DNA of 64,000 nt from an uncultured virus (IMG/VR IMGVR_UViG_3300010356_002077). Lineage: Duplodnaviria > Heunggongvirae > Uroviricota > Caudoviricetes. Shown one piece after another: positions 9,235 through 18,416 of the stretch (position 1 is the stretch's first letter; each line of letters opens with the position of its first letter). The position numbers and the translations under genes are program-made. The notes beneath the pieces were generated by a model. That model did not search any database. It had not been told where the DNA came from and saw only the letters and a list, made by a program, of their open reading frames with translations. The DNA lies in the IMG/VR virus record IMGVR_UViG_3300010356_002077; one strand, written 5' to 3'.

Positions 9235-9800
9235 ATACTCAACACCTCCATCTTCGCCCCACTACTCGTCCGAAAGATCCCCGAGACGTACGAAGTAATT
9301 GTGGAGGCACTACTCGATCGAGCCCCTCTACAACTCGCACAGGTATGTACCGCTTCCATTACCACGAAAACTCCCTGAGGTTGTAGAGCCTTCGAAATGG
9401 CCATTCCGATATCTCGAGTTAGGTACTCTTGAAGAGTAGGTGCTTGGTGGCTCGCAACCGTAACGAGTCGACTCAGTTTCGAGAGTCCCACCAACCGTTT
9501 GTTCGGAAGGTATGCGATTGCCGCGTGTCCGTAGAACGGAAAGAAGTGGTGGGCACACAAGGCGGAAAACTGGATGTCCCTTACCATGACAAATTCATCC
9601 AAGGGGGTGTCGCTTGTGGAAGTGAATTGTTTCCCTAACACTTCGACCAGCTGTGTATTGCGGTGCTCGCAGAACTCTGCCCATGCTCGGTAGATTCGTC
9701 CGGGAGTTTCTACTAGGGACTCGTCCGTGAGGTCAAGTCCGAGTTCCGTAAGAACGTCTTGAAGTTTTTCGATTGCTAGGGTCTTTGAACTTTTTTGCAT
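9219..9800 (-). CDS. folE: GTP cyclohydrolase I
   Basis: ETPGR, CAHHFFPF, GLSKL, LQE and HTC..RG motifs. Start revised to ATG 9800. Confidence 0.9.
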   Translation of the reverse strand: MQKSSKTLAIEKLQDVLTELGLDLTDESLVETPGRIYRAWAEFCEHRNTQLVEVLGKQFTSTSDTPLDEFVMVRDIQFSALCAHHFFPFYGHAAIAYLPNKRLVGLSKLSRLVTVASHQAPTLQEYLTRDIGMAISKALQPQGVFVVMEAVHTCASCRGARSSSASTITSYVSGIFRTSSGAKMEVLSMWRGK

Positions 9801-10528
9801 TCCTGTCTCCCTCGTAAGGCTTCTGGCCAGAGAAGCTTGTGAAGTTGTGGTAGAACTCGCACTTTGAATTGGTGAAGTACGGGTTCGGGATGTGTGAGGA
9901 CTTTGTCCACGAGTACGCGGTAGTCCTCCAACAAGGTTTCGGGTGTTCGCGTAACCGGTTGGAGAACTTTGAGGCACGACGGTCGGACCTTTTCGAATAC
10001 CTCGATCGCAAATTGAAGATCGATATCGTCCGCAACGACAATCTTGACGCAGTCGAACAGGGATCCGATTCCTCCAAACCGAAACGGATCGAGGTCTAAC
10101 CACTCTTGTAGGTACCCGAGACTCTGGTTGGCGGAGGGAGGTTTTGGACTGAGGGTAATCGAACCACTCAACGGTTCAAAGGCCTTCACCCATTCCGGTA
10201 CCGGGAGACTCGCTTGCGTTTCGAGGTGGATGTGCCAGTACCTAATTAACTCTGGAATAAGGGAGGTCATGTGATCCTTCCAAAGCACCGGATCACCTCC
10301 GGTTAGTACTAACAAGTCCGAGTAGGGTAGGTTCCTCAATTCTCGAACAATCTCTTCCACGGTGAGGAACCGGTAGTCTTGTCCTTCGACTGCGTACTTC
10401 GTGTCGCACCAAGTGCACGCATGGGGACAACCCCAAGTACGAAGGAAGAGAGCGGGAGCCCCAGCTAGGGCTCCCTCTCCTTGAATCGTCGGACCAAAGA
10501 TTTCCGAGACTGCAATTCTCGGTTCCAT
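9776..10528 (-). CDS. queE: 7-carboxy-7-deazaguanine synthase (radical SAM)
   Basis: EIFGPTIQGEG, CPHACTWCDT (CxxxCxxC), LTGGDP, SPK, PQLHK. Confidence 0.9.
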   Translation of the reverse strand: MEPRIAVSEIFGPTIQGEGALAGAPALFLRTWGCPHACTWCDTKYAVEGQDYRFLTVEEIVRELRNLPYSDLLVLTGGDPVLWKDHMTSLIPELIRYWHIHLETQASLPVPEWVKAFEPLSGSITLSPKPPSANQSLGYLQEWLDLDPFRFGGIGSLFDCVKIVVADDIDLQFAIEVFEKVRPSCLKVLQPVTRTPETLLEDYRVLVDKVLTHPEPVLHQFKVRVLPQLHKLLWPEALRGRQECKKVQRP

Positions 10529-10530
10529 GG

Positions 10531-11073
10531 TTAACTCCCAAACGCGTCCCCGGTGGCAGCGGGTTTGTACGCGACGATCTTAGCCGACAGACCTTCTACT
10601 CCGTCCGTCCTCTTTTCGATCCGCGTAGCCACACGACAAGTCCGACCAACGAGTTCGGCGACGTCCCGACTGGGTACGAAGTTCTTGAGTTCGGATTCTT
10701 CCATTCCGAGAGCTACGACGATCGCTTTGATGCGCGAGATCCCGACCGGATTGTTGAGGACGGTGTAGTCCCACAACTTCGAGTTCGCGTTCTTAGGTCC
10801 GTCAATTCGGAAAACCCACTCGATCATCGAGGACCCTTTAGAGGAGACTTTGCAGTTCGCCTCCTCCAACGAAACGTCGTACGTTCCCGGTTGTGGGGGA
10901 GTGAAATCCCCACCGGTCGCATCGGTGAGATCGATCGCGGAATCGAAAATGTTCTCGGATTGTTCCTCGGGTGACTCTCCCATGAAGTCATCCACGGGTT
11001 TCGGAGTAGGAGTTTTGCGTCCTCCCTTTTTGGTTACTGTCTTGCCCATTTTGTTACCATCCTTTCTGCTCAT
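10531..11073 (-). CDS. ssDNA-binding protein (DUF669-like)
   Basis: PPQPGTY...SSKGSSMI pattern, adjacent to the Sak4-like ATPase. Confidence 0.65.
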   Translation of the reverse strand: MSRKDGNKMGKTVTKKGGRKTPTPKPVDDFMGESPEEQSENIFDSAIDLTDATGGDFTPPQPGTYDVSLEEANCKVSSKGSSMIEWVFRIDGPKNANSKLWDYTVLNNPVGISRIKAIVVALGMEESELKNFVPSRDVAELVGRTCRVATRIEKRTDGVEGLSAKIVAYKPAATGDAFGS

Positions 11074-11085
11074 TTGAGCTCTACG

Positions 11086-11946
11086 CTACTTCTTCTTAGA
11101 AAGTTGAAGGAACCGCTGCATTGTCGGATTGTCCTCGATGTACGGGACGGTGTTGCTCTTGTGGTAGCGGTCCTTTGCCGTAAACTGTGATGTCGGAGAG
11201 AGAAAGAGTGTCCGACGCGGCAACTCTTTCATCGTCGCAGGAGTCGTACAATGTAAATACCCGACAACGTCTACGATTCCGAGAATCTCCAAGGACGATT
11301 TGCCCTGAAGATTCGGGGTGTAGATAACCCGTTGAGTTTCGTCCTGTCGGTCATTCGCGGAACACACGAAGATGACATTGAATGGAAGATCTCTGAACGC
11401 ACGGAGAAGCAAACCGAATTGGTCCCCGATCTTTCCCCAGAGGGGTAACGTTCTCTCAGGAAGATTCATGGTGAAATCCGGAGAGGACGGATCCACACCG
11501 GTGATGTGGTAGATTTGTTGTCTCTGGATCTCTGAAAGGGAATCCAGTACGATCGTCCGGTAAATCGTTGGAGTGGTTTTCTTCGTCCGGGTCACCTTTT
11601 GTTCCAAAGCGAGTAACCCTGCTGTGTCGTTGCGATCGCGTAACTCTCCGTGCTTCTTGAGGAACGCGTACACGGTGGTGAGTTCTTGGGTGTTCCCGAC
11701 ATGTACGACCGAAACGTTGCTAAATCCGTCAAGTGTCATTTGTCCACTTTCCGCGTCGAGAAAGAGGACATTCTGCATGGCTTTTACTTCACTAGCGGTG
11801 GCCGCGAGGTGAGTTTTTCCTACTCCGTAACGACCGTACACTAACATCTTAAGCCACGCCTCCTTACTCGGTGCTACAATTTCGAACGGCAGGTCATTAG
11901 TGGCTCTCCGTTCGGGTGGGACGGGAGGTACTCCCGGTTTAACCAT
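11086..11946 (-). CDS. Sak4-like AAA ATPase (ssDNA annealing)
   Basis: LVYGRYGVGKT, LDAESG, IVLDSLSE, DVVGYL, AKDR. Confidence 0.8.
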   Translation of the reverse strand: MVKPGVPPVPPERRATNDLPFEIVAPSKEAWLKMLVYGRYGVGKTHLAATASEVKAMQNVLFLDAESGQMTLDGFSNVSVVHVGNTQELTTVYAFLKKHGELRDRNDTAGLLALEQKVTRTKKTTPTIYRTIVLDSLSEIQRQQIYHITGVDPSSPDFTMNLPERTLPLWGKIGDQFGLLLRAFRDLPFNVIFVCSANDRQDETQRVIYTPNLQGKSSLEILGIVDVVGYLHCTTPATMKELPRRTLFLSPTSQFTAKDRYHKSNTVPYIEDNPTMQRFLQLSKKK

Positions 11947-13069
11947 TTTGCTCTCCTTTCTGCGTCTGTTTGTGACGCGCTACCGATCTGGCTTGTTCCA
12001 TTACCTGCTCCATTACGTCGTCGATGTCCTTATCGCGTTTACGGAACATCGTTTCCTGAATTACTTGAGGATCCTCTCCGAACTCTATTGCACTGCACAA
12101 AGATCGGTAAGAACACCAACCGCAATGCATGTCGTCAAAGGAGGGATAGAAGACGAGGTTTTCGTCTGCCATTTCCTTTGCGACCGCTAACATGTAGTTG
12201 TGGAAGTTTTGAAGTTGAGACGGGGCTCGAGTGAGGAAGTCCCGTCGGACGAAACAATCCGCCGTGGCCGTTTCCTCCGATGACAACCGTTGCAGCAACT
12301 CGTTATAGCGATCGGGAATTACTTCTCCGAACGCTTGTTGGAGTTGTGCTTTTGCCATGGAGTAGGTAGTCATTTGACTTTTGTCGGCGGAGGGTGTTCC
12401 ATCTTTGAGCATTCTCAAACCCTGCGGGAACGCCTTTTTGTGCTGTTGGTAATACATTCCACCGATTTTGTCCATCCCGAAGATTCTACTGGCGGCATAG
12501 AGGTAGCTCGTGACTTGAACGTCGAACGGGAGTTTGGACGTGCTAAATTGCTTCGCACTTTTGTAGTCGACTACACAAATTCGATCCTGGTCGTCCACCA
12601 CGAGATTATCCCAGCGTCCCTTAAGAAGAACCGTCAAATTCCCCTTCTTGGTCCGAACCTTTCCAATCTCTACTTCAAAGGGCAATTCACAGGAATGTTC
12701 CCCTCCTTGAAACCGGTACGGAGTCAGTCTTGGTCGGGTCGCGAGCCAAACGAACTCGTAATAGTTCAGCATCGCAACTCCGAGAGAGATCATTTCCTCG
12801 CGACTCGTCTCCATAGGAAACTCTTTGTCGGGCCAGAGGGTGACGAGTGCTTCAAAGGCGAGTGCGGGACTTTCGAACAACCGATCGCCTTCAAAATCCT
12901 CCAGAGCAAAGTGCATCGCGGATCCGAACAAAAACGGTGCCGGAATGGTGAGAGGTGCGAGGTCTCGTTTCATGTACGAACCGAACTCCCACGCACGTCG
13001 ACATTCCTGAAACATAAGATAGTCGGACGTGTGAATTTCGAGAACTTTTCCTCGGACTTTCGCTTTCAT
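11939..13069 (-). CDS. PD-(D/E)XK Cas4/RecB-like exonuclease
   Basis: FGSAMH, GRWD, VVDYKS, QxxxY and C-terminal CGWC..C. Confidence 0.8.
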   Translation of the reverse strand: MKAKVRGKVLEIHTSDYLMFQECRRAWEFGSYMKRDLAPLTIPAPFLFGSAMHFALEDFEGDRLFESPALAFEALVTLWPDKEFPMETSREEMISLGVAMLNYYEFVWLATRPRLTPYRFQGGEHSCELPFEVEIGKVRTKKGNLTVLLKGRWDNLVVDDQDRICVVDYKSAKQFSTSKLPFDVQVTSYLYAASRIFGMDKIGGMYYQQHKKAFPQGLRMLKDGTPSADKSQMTTYSMAKAQLQQAFGEVIPDRYNELLQRLSSEETATADCFVRRDFLTRAPSQLQNFHNYMLAVAKEMADENLVFYPSFDDMHCGWCSYRSLCSAIEFGEDPQVIQETMFRKRDKDIDDVMEQVMEQARSVARHKQTQKGEQNG

Positions 13070-13593
13070 TTTAGCTCTCCTTTCAAAACGTTTGGTTTAG
13101 CAAACAACAAAAAGTACATCAAATGCTGGAACGCCGAGAGTTCGTGTTCCGTCTTCAACTCGACTTCCAAAGTCCTACAAACATCCCTAGTAATAAGTCT
13201 ACGACCACTACCGGGTTGCTGCAAGACAAACGGAATACCGCGACTCGTGCAGAGACCGTACAAAAACCCAATTGTTCGAGAAGACGGATTGTCGGTACCA
13301 AGAATGTATTGAGATCGACCCTGCACTTGGAAGTTCTCGCACACGACAAACTGAGGGTTACACGTTTGAAAAGGACTCGCATTGTGTCCCCCGAGTAACT
13401 TGTGTCCGAGAAAGAGTTTCAATTCGTCCAAAGAGTGAACGGTGCAACTCTCGGCGAAGAATAACCCAGTGACCATTGCTATCCCCGTGTGTACTCCTGG
13501 GTCGAACGACCAGATTGTTGCCCGTTGAAGAACTTCCGGAGTCTCCTGCTTTTTATACCGGTACGTTCTAGCAACGAACTCGCGGATGTCCAC
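13066..13593 (-). CDS. RuvC-like Holliday junction resolvase
   Basis: SFDPGVHTGIA, VVCENF and H..SA motifs. Confidence 0.65.
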   Translation of the reverse strand: MDIREFVARTYRYKKQETPEVLQRATIWSFDPGVHTGIAMVTGLFFAESCTVHSLDELKLFLGHKLLGGHNASPFQTCNPQFVVCENFQVQGRSQYILGTDNPSSRTIGFLYGLCTSRGIPFVLQQPGSGRRLITRDVCRTLEVELKTEHELSAFQHLMYFLLFAKPNVLKGELK

Positions 13594-13596
13594 TAC

Positions 13597-14718
13597 TCAC
13601 CTCCACCCACGAGGAGTACCAAAAAGCATTTCCGATATTGCTTCACAATTTAGGTACACTCGTTTTACCGCTTCCGGAGTAAAGTCTCGATTCCGCAGGT
13701 ATCCTCTTGGTCGGTGGGGATGTTCTCCGTTTCGGTAGTGATCCATTTCCCAACGTTTACCTCCAGAACCTAGAGCGATATGTAGAGGTGCCGCAGAGTC
13801 AAGACTTGTTAGGTGTAAGAATAGATCGTTTTGAAAAGTCTGGAACGACAACACATCCTCGGCAAGGCACGGAGACAAACCGAACAAGTGAACGTCCGGA
13901 AAGTACCGCAACTCTTTCATGACGTCCTTCAAGAGGTACAAGAATGCCAACCGTCCGAATATTTTCGTGTCCTCTTCCGTAGGATGAAAAGGTACCGCGA
14001 TACGCGAGACCTCGGCTCCTTTGTACGCCGCGAGGGCTGTATAGACGTGGGCCCAGTTGGTAGTCGGACAAACCACACAAGTGAGGACACACCCAGGGTG
14101 CGTTTGTCGATACTTTATCATACGCGGGTGGTCGAGGGCTCGTAAAGTTGGTTCGATAGTTGCGAGACAGTCTCCATATACGTCGGGTAGGACGAGATAA
14201 TCCGGAGACGTCCTCGTTGCCGCATCCAAAAGTAGTTCGAGATTCGCCGCAGTAAGATCTTCGTAGACGTTGTTGTCGAGGACCGTCTCGAAATTGTACC
14301 GGTGAAGAGTCTCACAAAGTTGGGTCATTTCTTTGGGTTGCTCTCGAACCTGCCGCTCGAGATAGAGAATCCCACCAAAAGGATATCCGGGAGGACCATC
14401 TTTGAGGGACCGCCACACCTGTAGCATTTTTCGAATCAACTTCTCGGGTGCGACTGCAAGGAACTTCGGTCGGGAAGATAGGTTCGGTATTGGAGAGTCC
14501 GGGAGGTCGAAACTCAATTCTAACCAGGCCAGGTAATCTTTTAGTTTTGCGAGGTTTTTCTTTGGATCGTCTTTGAGGAAGAGTCGGTCGAGATACTTTC
14601 GTACGTCTCCAAGCATCGAACCCTGAAAGATTGTCTTTCCGTACGCCTGGTAGAACTCTTCTAGAGTTTCTCGCGATCCCGGACGTTGGTAGTACTGTCC
14701 TCGGGGAACCTTCAGCAT
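13597..14718 (-). CDS. DUF3310-like domain fused to a TGT-fold DpdA-like base-exchange protein
   Basis: Start revised to ATG 14718. N-terminus YY..ETLE..GDVRKYLDR..K..NLAKLKDYL. C-terminal part has VLDNNVYE, LVLPDVYGD, HLFGL and SLDSAAP. Lies among que genes. Confidence 0.6.
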   Translation of the reverse strand: MLKVPRGQYYQRPGSRETLEEFYQAYGKTIFQGSMLGDVRKYLDRLFLKDDPKKNLAKLKDYLAWLELSFDLPDSPIPNLSSRPKFLAVAPEKLIRKMLQVWRSLKDGPPGYPFGGILYLERQVREQPKEMTQLCETLHRYNFETVLDNNVYEDLTAANLELLLDAATRTSPDYLVLPDVYGDCLATIEPTLRALDHPRMIKYRQTHPGCVLTCVVCPTTNWAHVYTALAAYKGAEVSRIAVPFHPTEEDTKIFGRLAFLYLLKDVMKELRYFPDVHLFGLSPCLAEDVLSFQTFQNDLFLHLTSLDSAAPLHIALGSGGKRWEMDHYRNGEHPHRPRGYLRNRDFTPEAVKRVYLNCEAISEMLFGTPRGWR

Positions 14719-14954
14719 TTTTCGGTTCCTGCCTTTCCCCGGAAGATTCCGAGAAACTTCTGGAGGAACCCACCCTTTTTCTGGTCCCGTTTCCTCGTCG
14801 AAATCTTCTTGAGGGACGTCTGAAGACGAGTTGTGAAGCCCGACTTCTCGGACTCGCCTTTCATCTTCCGGTACTCCTTTCCACTCCGTCGGGACACCGG
14901 TAATCCGTAATACCGGAGTTCGTACATCCTCACTGCTTTTCCGTTCGCGTTCAC
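14712..14954 (-). CDS. Small basic hypothetical protein
   Basis: GTG start overlaps the upstream stop; its own stop overlaps the next ATG. Confidence 0.45.
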   Translation of the reverse strand: MNANGKAVRMYELRYYGLPVSRRSGKEYRKMKGESEKSGFTTRLQTSLKKISTRKRDQKKGGFLQKFLGIFRGKAGTEKC

Positions 14955-15214
14955 GATCCACCCCCTATCTCGGTGAACTCCCCGCACCAATCGTCATCTG
15001 CTACCGCGGGTCTCGTATCAACCGCACGTAACTCCGGTTTTCTTGTGAGCGGGTTAACCGCCGGTAGCAACTGAATCGTTTTCGGGTACCGATAACACAC
15101 CCGAACCTTCGTTCCGGTACCCGCGTCTGAAGTAAGTACTCCAAAAAGGCACCGTTTACACCGAAAGGAATTTCGGAGAACCTTATCAATCGTTTCAACG
15201 TTAGATCCTGACAC
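14951..15214 (-). CDS. Hypothetical Cys-containing protein
   Basis: CKRC...CYRYP...DWCGE pattern; SD present; in operon. Confidence 0.5.
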   Translation of the reverse strand: MSGSNVETIDKVLRNSFRCKRCLFGVLTSDAGTGTKVRVCYRYPKTIQLLPAVNPLTRKPELRAVDTRPAVADDDWCGEFTEIGGGS

Positions 15215-16700
15215 AACCTACCTCCTTTTTGAGTTCATTCACAATATCGCTCCACTGCTTCTTCAACTGTACCAACTCGAGGATGCGTTCATCCAATTTA
15301 CCCCGGTGAACAAAGTACCGCACCAAAACCGGTTTTGGAGAAACCTTTCCGGAGGGTCGAACAACCCTCGCGAGTGCTTGTGCGACCGTATTGTAGTTCC
15401 AATCCAACTGCCACACTAGAACCAACTCGGCACCGGCAAGAGAAAAACCTTCCGCCATTCCGATTGAACACAACGCGACTCGGACCTCGGGATCCTCGCG
15501 AAACTGCTTGGAGAACTTCGTCACTTCCTTCGCGGAGGATTGTCCCGTAATAACGACGTGCGGAATGGGTTCGGAATCTCCGAACATCAAACGGCGAGAG
15601 AGATCTTGCAACGGTTGGAGGAACGGAGAAAACACCACCACCTTGCACTGTGTACTGTGTTCTCGAACTTGTTCTGCAATACAATCTATCGGTTCGGTCA
15701 ACCCAACACAGGTAGGGAGGATCGCTCGTGGGCACATTAGGAAGATCCGGAGTTTGGTGAGCATCGCAACTACGTTTGGAAGTGCGAGAGTCTCCTGGTC
15801 AAGGTCCAGTTTCAGTTCCACTTGTAATTTCTTGTAGACCTTCTCAAGTTCGGGTGCGAGTTCGAGATGAACGATTTGAGTTTCCACGGTAGGTAGCTCC
15901 TTTGCAATCTCCGTTCGTCTCCGCGACAACATGTACTGACTCAACCACTCGGTAAACCGTTTGTAGTGGTTCGAAGTCGGGTCTGGTGGAGCAATTTCGG
16001 TACCGAATGGAGTAATGACGATTCCGAAGAACTCCGCCACGCGCTTCCAGAAACTTCTGTTTCCGCGAGGATCGAGAATCTGAACCAAAGGAATGACGTG
16101 ATGGGGATGTCCGACAATTGGAGTACCCGAAAGCATAAACACAAACGGGAGTCCGTTGGATCTCGGAGTAGCGAGTGCTTTGACGATTCGGTACGTCTGG
16201 GTATTCCGACCGCGAACTCGATGTGCCTCGTCCAAAACGATCGCATCAAAGTAAACCTTCTCAAGTTCCTTTAGAAGGGGGTGGTAGGTCGCAAGTAAAA
16301 TGAATCCCGAATGCTTTCGATCTTGTACCCGGGCAACAATTTTGTCTCGTTTCTTTCGCTCGGTCGAGAACGAAATTACCTCAAGAGGAATACCCCATTT
16401 CTTTATCTCGTCCTCCCAAACTCCGATAGCACTTTTTGGTACCACCGCTAGGACTCGAGATAGTTTCAATAGTCGAATTGCCTCGAGAGTTTGGACCGTC
16501 TTTCCGAGACCCATTTCATCGGCAAGAAACGCTCGGTGGTGCTTGATCAAAAACGACACCCCTTCAACCTGGTAGGGTCGTAACTTCTTGTTGACATATC
16601 GTAGGGGACAACCCGGAGTGTGAATTGCCCACTGATAAGAAGTTTGAAATTCCTTTCCACATTCCGGACACGTTAACATTTCATTCCTCGGGTGTCGCAA
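15201..16700 (-). CDS. SNF2-family helicase with N-terminal Zn finger
   Basis: LRPYQ, LADEMGLGKT, LDEAH, LSGTP, QALARVVR. Confidence 0.88.
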   Translation of the reverse strand: MRHPRNEMLTCPECGKEFQTSYQWAIHTPGCPLRYVNKKLRPYQVEGVSFLIKHHRAFLADEMGLGKTVQTLEAIRLLKLSRVLAVVPKSAIGVWEDEIKKWGIPLEVISFSTERKKRDKIVARVQDRKHSGFILLATYHPLLKELEKVYFDAIVLDEAHRVRGRNTQTYRIVKALATPRSNGLPFVFMLSGTPIVGHPHHVIPLVQILDPRGNRSFWKRVAEFFGIVITPFGTEIAPPDPTSNHYKRFTEWLSQYMLSRRRTEIAKELPTVETQIVHLELAPELEKVYKKLQVELKLDLDQETLALPNVVAMLTKLRIFLMCPRAILPTCVGLTEPIDCIAEQVREHSTQCKVVVFSPFLQPLQDLSRRLMFGDSEPIPHVVITGQSSAKEVTKFSKQFREDPEVRVALCSIGMAEGFSLAGAELVLVWQLDWNYNTVAQALARVVRPSGKVSPKPVLVRYFVHRGKLDERILELVQLKKQWSDIVNELKKEVGCVRI

Positions 16701-17139
16701 AAGGAAGAGTAGGTTGATCGTCCGAAACCGATTTTCCGGGGGACTCTAGAACGTCGGGGTACCGAATCGGTTGGTACGTCGCACTCGTCTTCGCACCTTC
16801 CTTAACCGTTACCCGAGAAATCCGAACTCTCGGAGTGTGTCCCTGGACAACCAACTTCTTTCGGATTCCCTCGAAAAAGTAATTCGCGAGATTTTCCGCG
16901 GTCGGATTGAACGGGAGCAACCGATTGAGGTCGTTGTGGTCGAGAACGAGAATCTCTTTTGTCAGTTCTTTGAACTCGTGATAGTCCAACACCATCCCGG
17001 CGTCCGTTAACTCGTGCGCCGCGAGTTCAACGTCAATTTCGTAGTTGTGTCCGTGGTAGTACGTACACGGGTGGTTGGGGGAAAGTAACCTTAATCTGTG
17101 AGCACAACTTATCTCGAACTTCTTCGTTATGTAGTACAT
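16681..17139 (-). CDS. queD: 6-carboxytetrahydropterin synthase
   Basis: AHRL, CxxxHGHNY, LDH, PTAENLA. Confidence 0.9.
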   Translation of the reverse strand: MYYITKKFEISCAHRLRLLSPNHPCTYYHGHNYEIDVELAAHELTDAGMVLDYHEFKELTKEILVLDHNDLNRLLPFNPTAENLANYFFEGIRKKLVVQGHTPRVRISRVTVKEGAKTSATYQPIRYPDVLESPGKSVSDDQPTLPFATPEE

Positions 17140-17152
17140 CGCTACCTCCTAT

Positions 17153-17338
17153 CTACATCCGTCGGTGAATGCAATTTGATATGTTGTAGAGACTTTGTGC
17201 TTTCGCGTCGAACTCCTCTTTAGACCACAACGGAAATCCTTCCCGGGCTTCAAGTCGCAAGTTGTCCGCGTGCATCCCTTCAATTTCCGCGTTCAGGGCG
17301 AACATTTCCGCCATCAGTGCTACCAACCAAGGTTCCAT
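17153..17338 (-). CDS. Hypothetical protein
   Basis: SD GGAGG; compact operon spacing. Confidence 0.5.
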   Translation of the reverse strand: MEPWLVALMAEMFALNAEIEGMHADNLRLEAREGFPLWSKEEFDAKAQSLYNISNCIHRRM

Positions 17339-17341
17339 TTT

Positions 17342-17815
17342 CTACCTCCACCGATAACTTTGTACGTACGTTCCGACACTTCCGATTCGATTGTCCTGTT
17401 CGATCTCTTGAAGTTGAACTTCGATTCCGGTAGGACGCCTTTTCTTGGAAGCACCGCAACCTCGACAGGTCAAATCTCGATCCAAATTTGTTCTACCGCA
17501 GTACTCACACCGGGTTCCGTCGTCAATCGCCTTGGTTATCCTCCCGGTAATGTCCCGGGCGAGGCACTTAGGACACTCCGCACCTTTAGGATAGCTCATT
17601 CCGTGTTCCGGGCACGTTCGCCAAGATAACATTGTTTTCTCCACAATCATTTCGTTTGCGTGTACTACCGTACAACCTAATTCGTTTTCTCGTTTCAACT
17701 GCTTCATTTCTTCCATTCTAGAACCCGAAACAACTTCTCCGGAAAGGAGTTTCACCACGAATATCAACCCAACCGCTACCGCACATAGAAGGAGGATGTC
17801 AACGACGTCGGACAT
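17342..17815 (-). CDS. Membrane-anchored Zn-ribbon protein
   Basis: Start revised to ATG 17815. N-terminal TM helix; CPEH, CPKC, CEYC and CRGC pairs. Confidence 0.5.
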   Translation of the reverse strand: MSDVVDILLLCAVAVGLIFVVKLLSGEVVSGSRMEEMKQLKRENELGCTVVHANEMIVEKTMLSWRTCPEHGMSYPKGAECPKCLARDITGRITKAIDDGTRCEYCGRTNLDRDLTCRGCGASKKRRPTGIEVQLQEIEQDNRIGSVGTYVQSYRWR

Positions 17816-18413
17816 TTTCCCTCCGATTTTGTGACGGGGTGCCGGTCCCCGTCGGGTAAGAGGTAGGCGCCCTACTGAGGAGAGCAGGAGCGATTGCGCC
17901 GGCATCGCAATTCTTGGGTACTCCGTACGGGTTGAAAATAAGTACGTCAACCGTCATTACACCCACACGAAGCATCCCTAATTTGTTTGCTAAAACTTTA
18001 CTCAAATCGAATTCTCGTCCCGAAATGTAGGGTCCTCGGTCTGTTATCCGTCCGAGAGCCCACGAATCTGCGTCACTCCAACATAAAACTACCGTACCAA
18101 AAGGTAGGGTTTTGTGAGCAATATACGGAGCGGTCTGTCGGAAGGGTTTCCCGTTTGCCATTGTCCGCCCCTCGAAAAAGTCAGCGTAGTAAGAACAAGT
18201 TGCTCTGCGAACCGCGGTACAATTGTCTATCCACTCTAGTTGAGTCCGAACTTCCTCCATCAAGTGATTGACCGTCCGAAGTGTGGTATTGTACTCTTGC
18301 TGTGCCTCCCTTATCTCACAAAGTATCCGTTCAGTTTGAAATGGTAGCAACAAACCAACCACGAGCACTAGAAAGTAGAGTACCATAACCCCGCAGAGCA
18401 ACTTGAATTTCAT
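17799..18413 (-). CDS. RlpA-like (DPBB) lytic transglycosylase with N-terminal TM
   Basis: SYY..GRTMANG, AHKTLPFGT, ITDRGPY..GREFDLS. Confidence 0.85.
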   Translation of the reverse strand: MKFKLLCGVMVLYFLVLVVGLLLPFQTERILCEIREAQQEYNTTLRTVNHLMEEVRTQLEWIDNCTAVRRATCSYYADFFEGRTMANGKPFRQTAPYIAHKTLPFGTVVLCWSDADSWALGRITDRGPYISGREFDLSKVLANKLGMLRVGVMTVDVLIFNPYGVPKNCDAGAIAPALLSRAPTSYPTGTGTPSQNRRENVRRR

Positions 18414-18416
18414 CTT

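Noticed and set aside
11939..13069. Cas4 as part of a CRISPR system
   Set aside because: It sits in a Sak4/SSB/RuvC recombination module, the usual context for a phage exonuclease.
12290..13312. Long antisense ORFs (also 55516-56520, 56587-57432, 28989-29804)
   Set aside because: Shadows of well-supported genes on the opposite strand.
14719..14961. Longer N-termini in the ORF track (also folE to 10103, queC to 19262, MTase to 23455, OMP from 3085)
   Set aside because: They overlap neighbouring genes; downstream starts have SD sequences or stop/start coupling.
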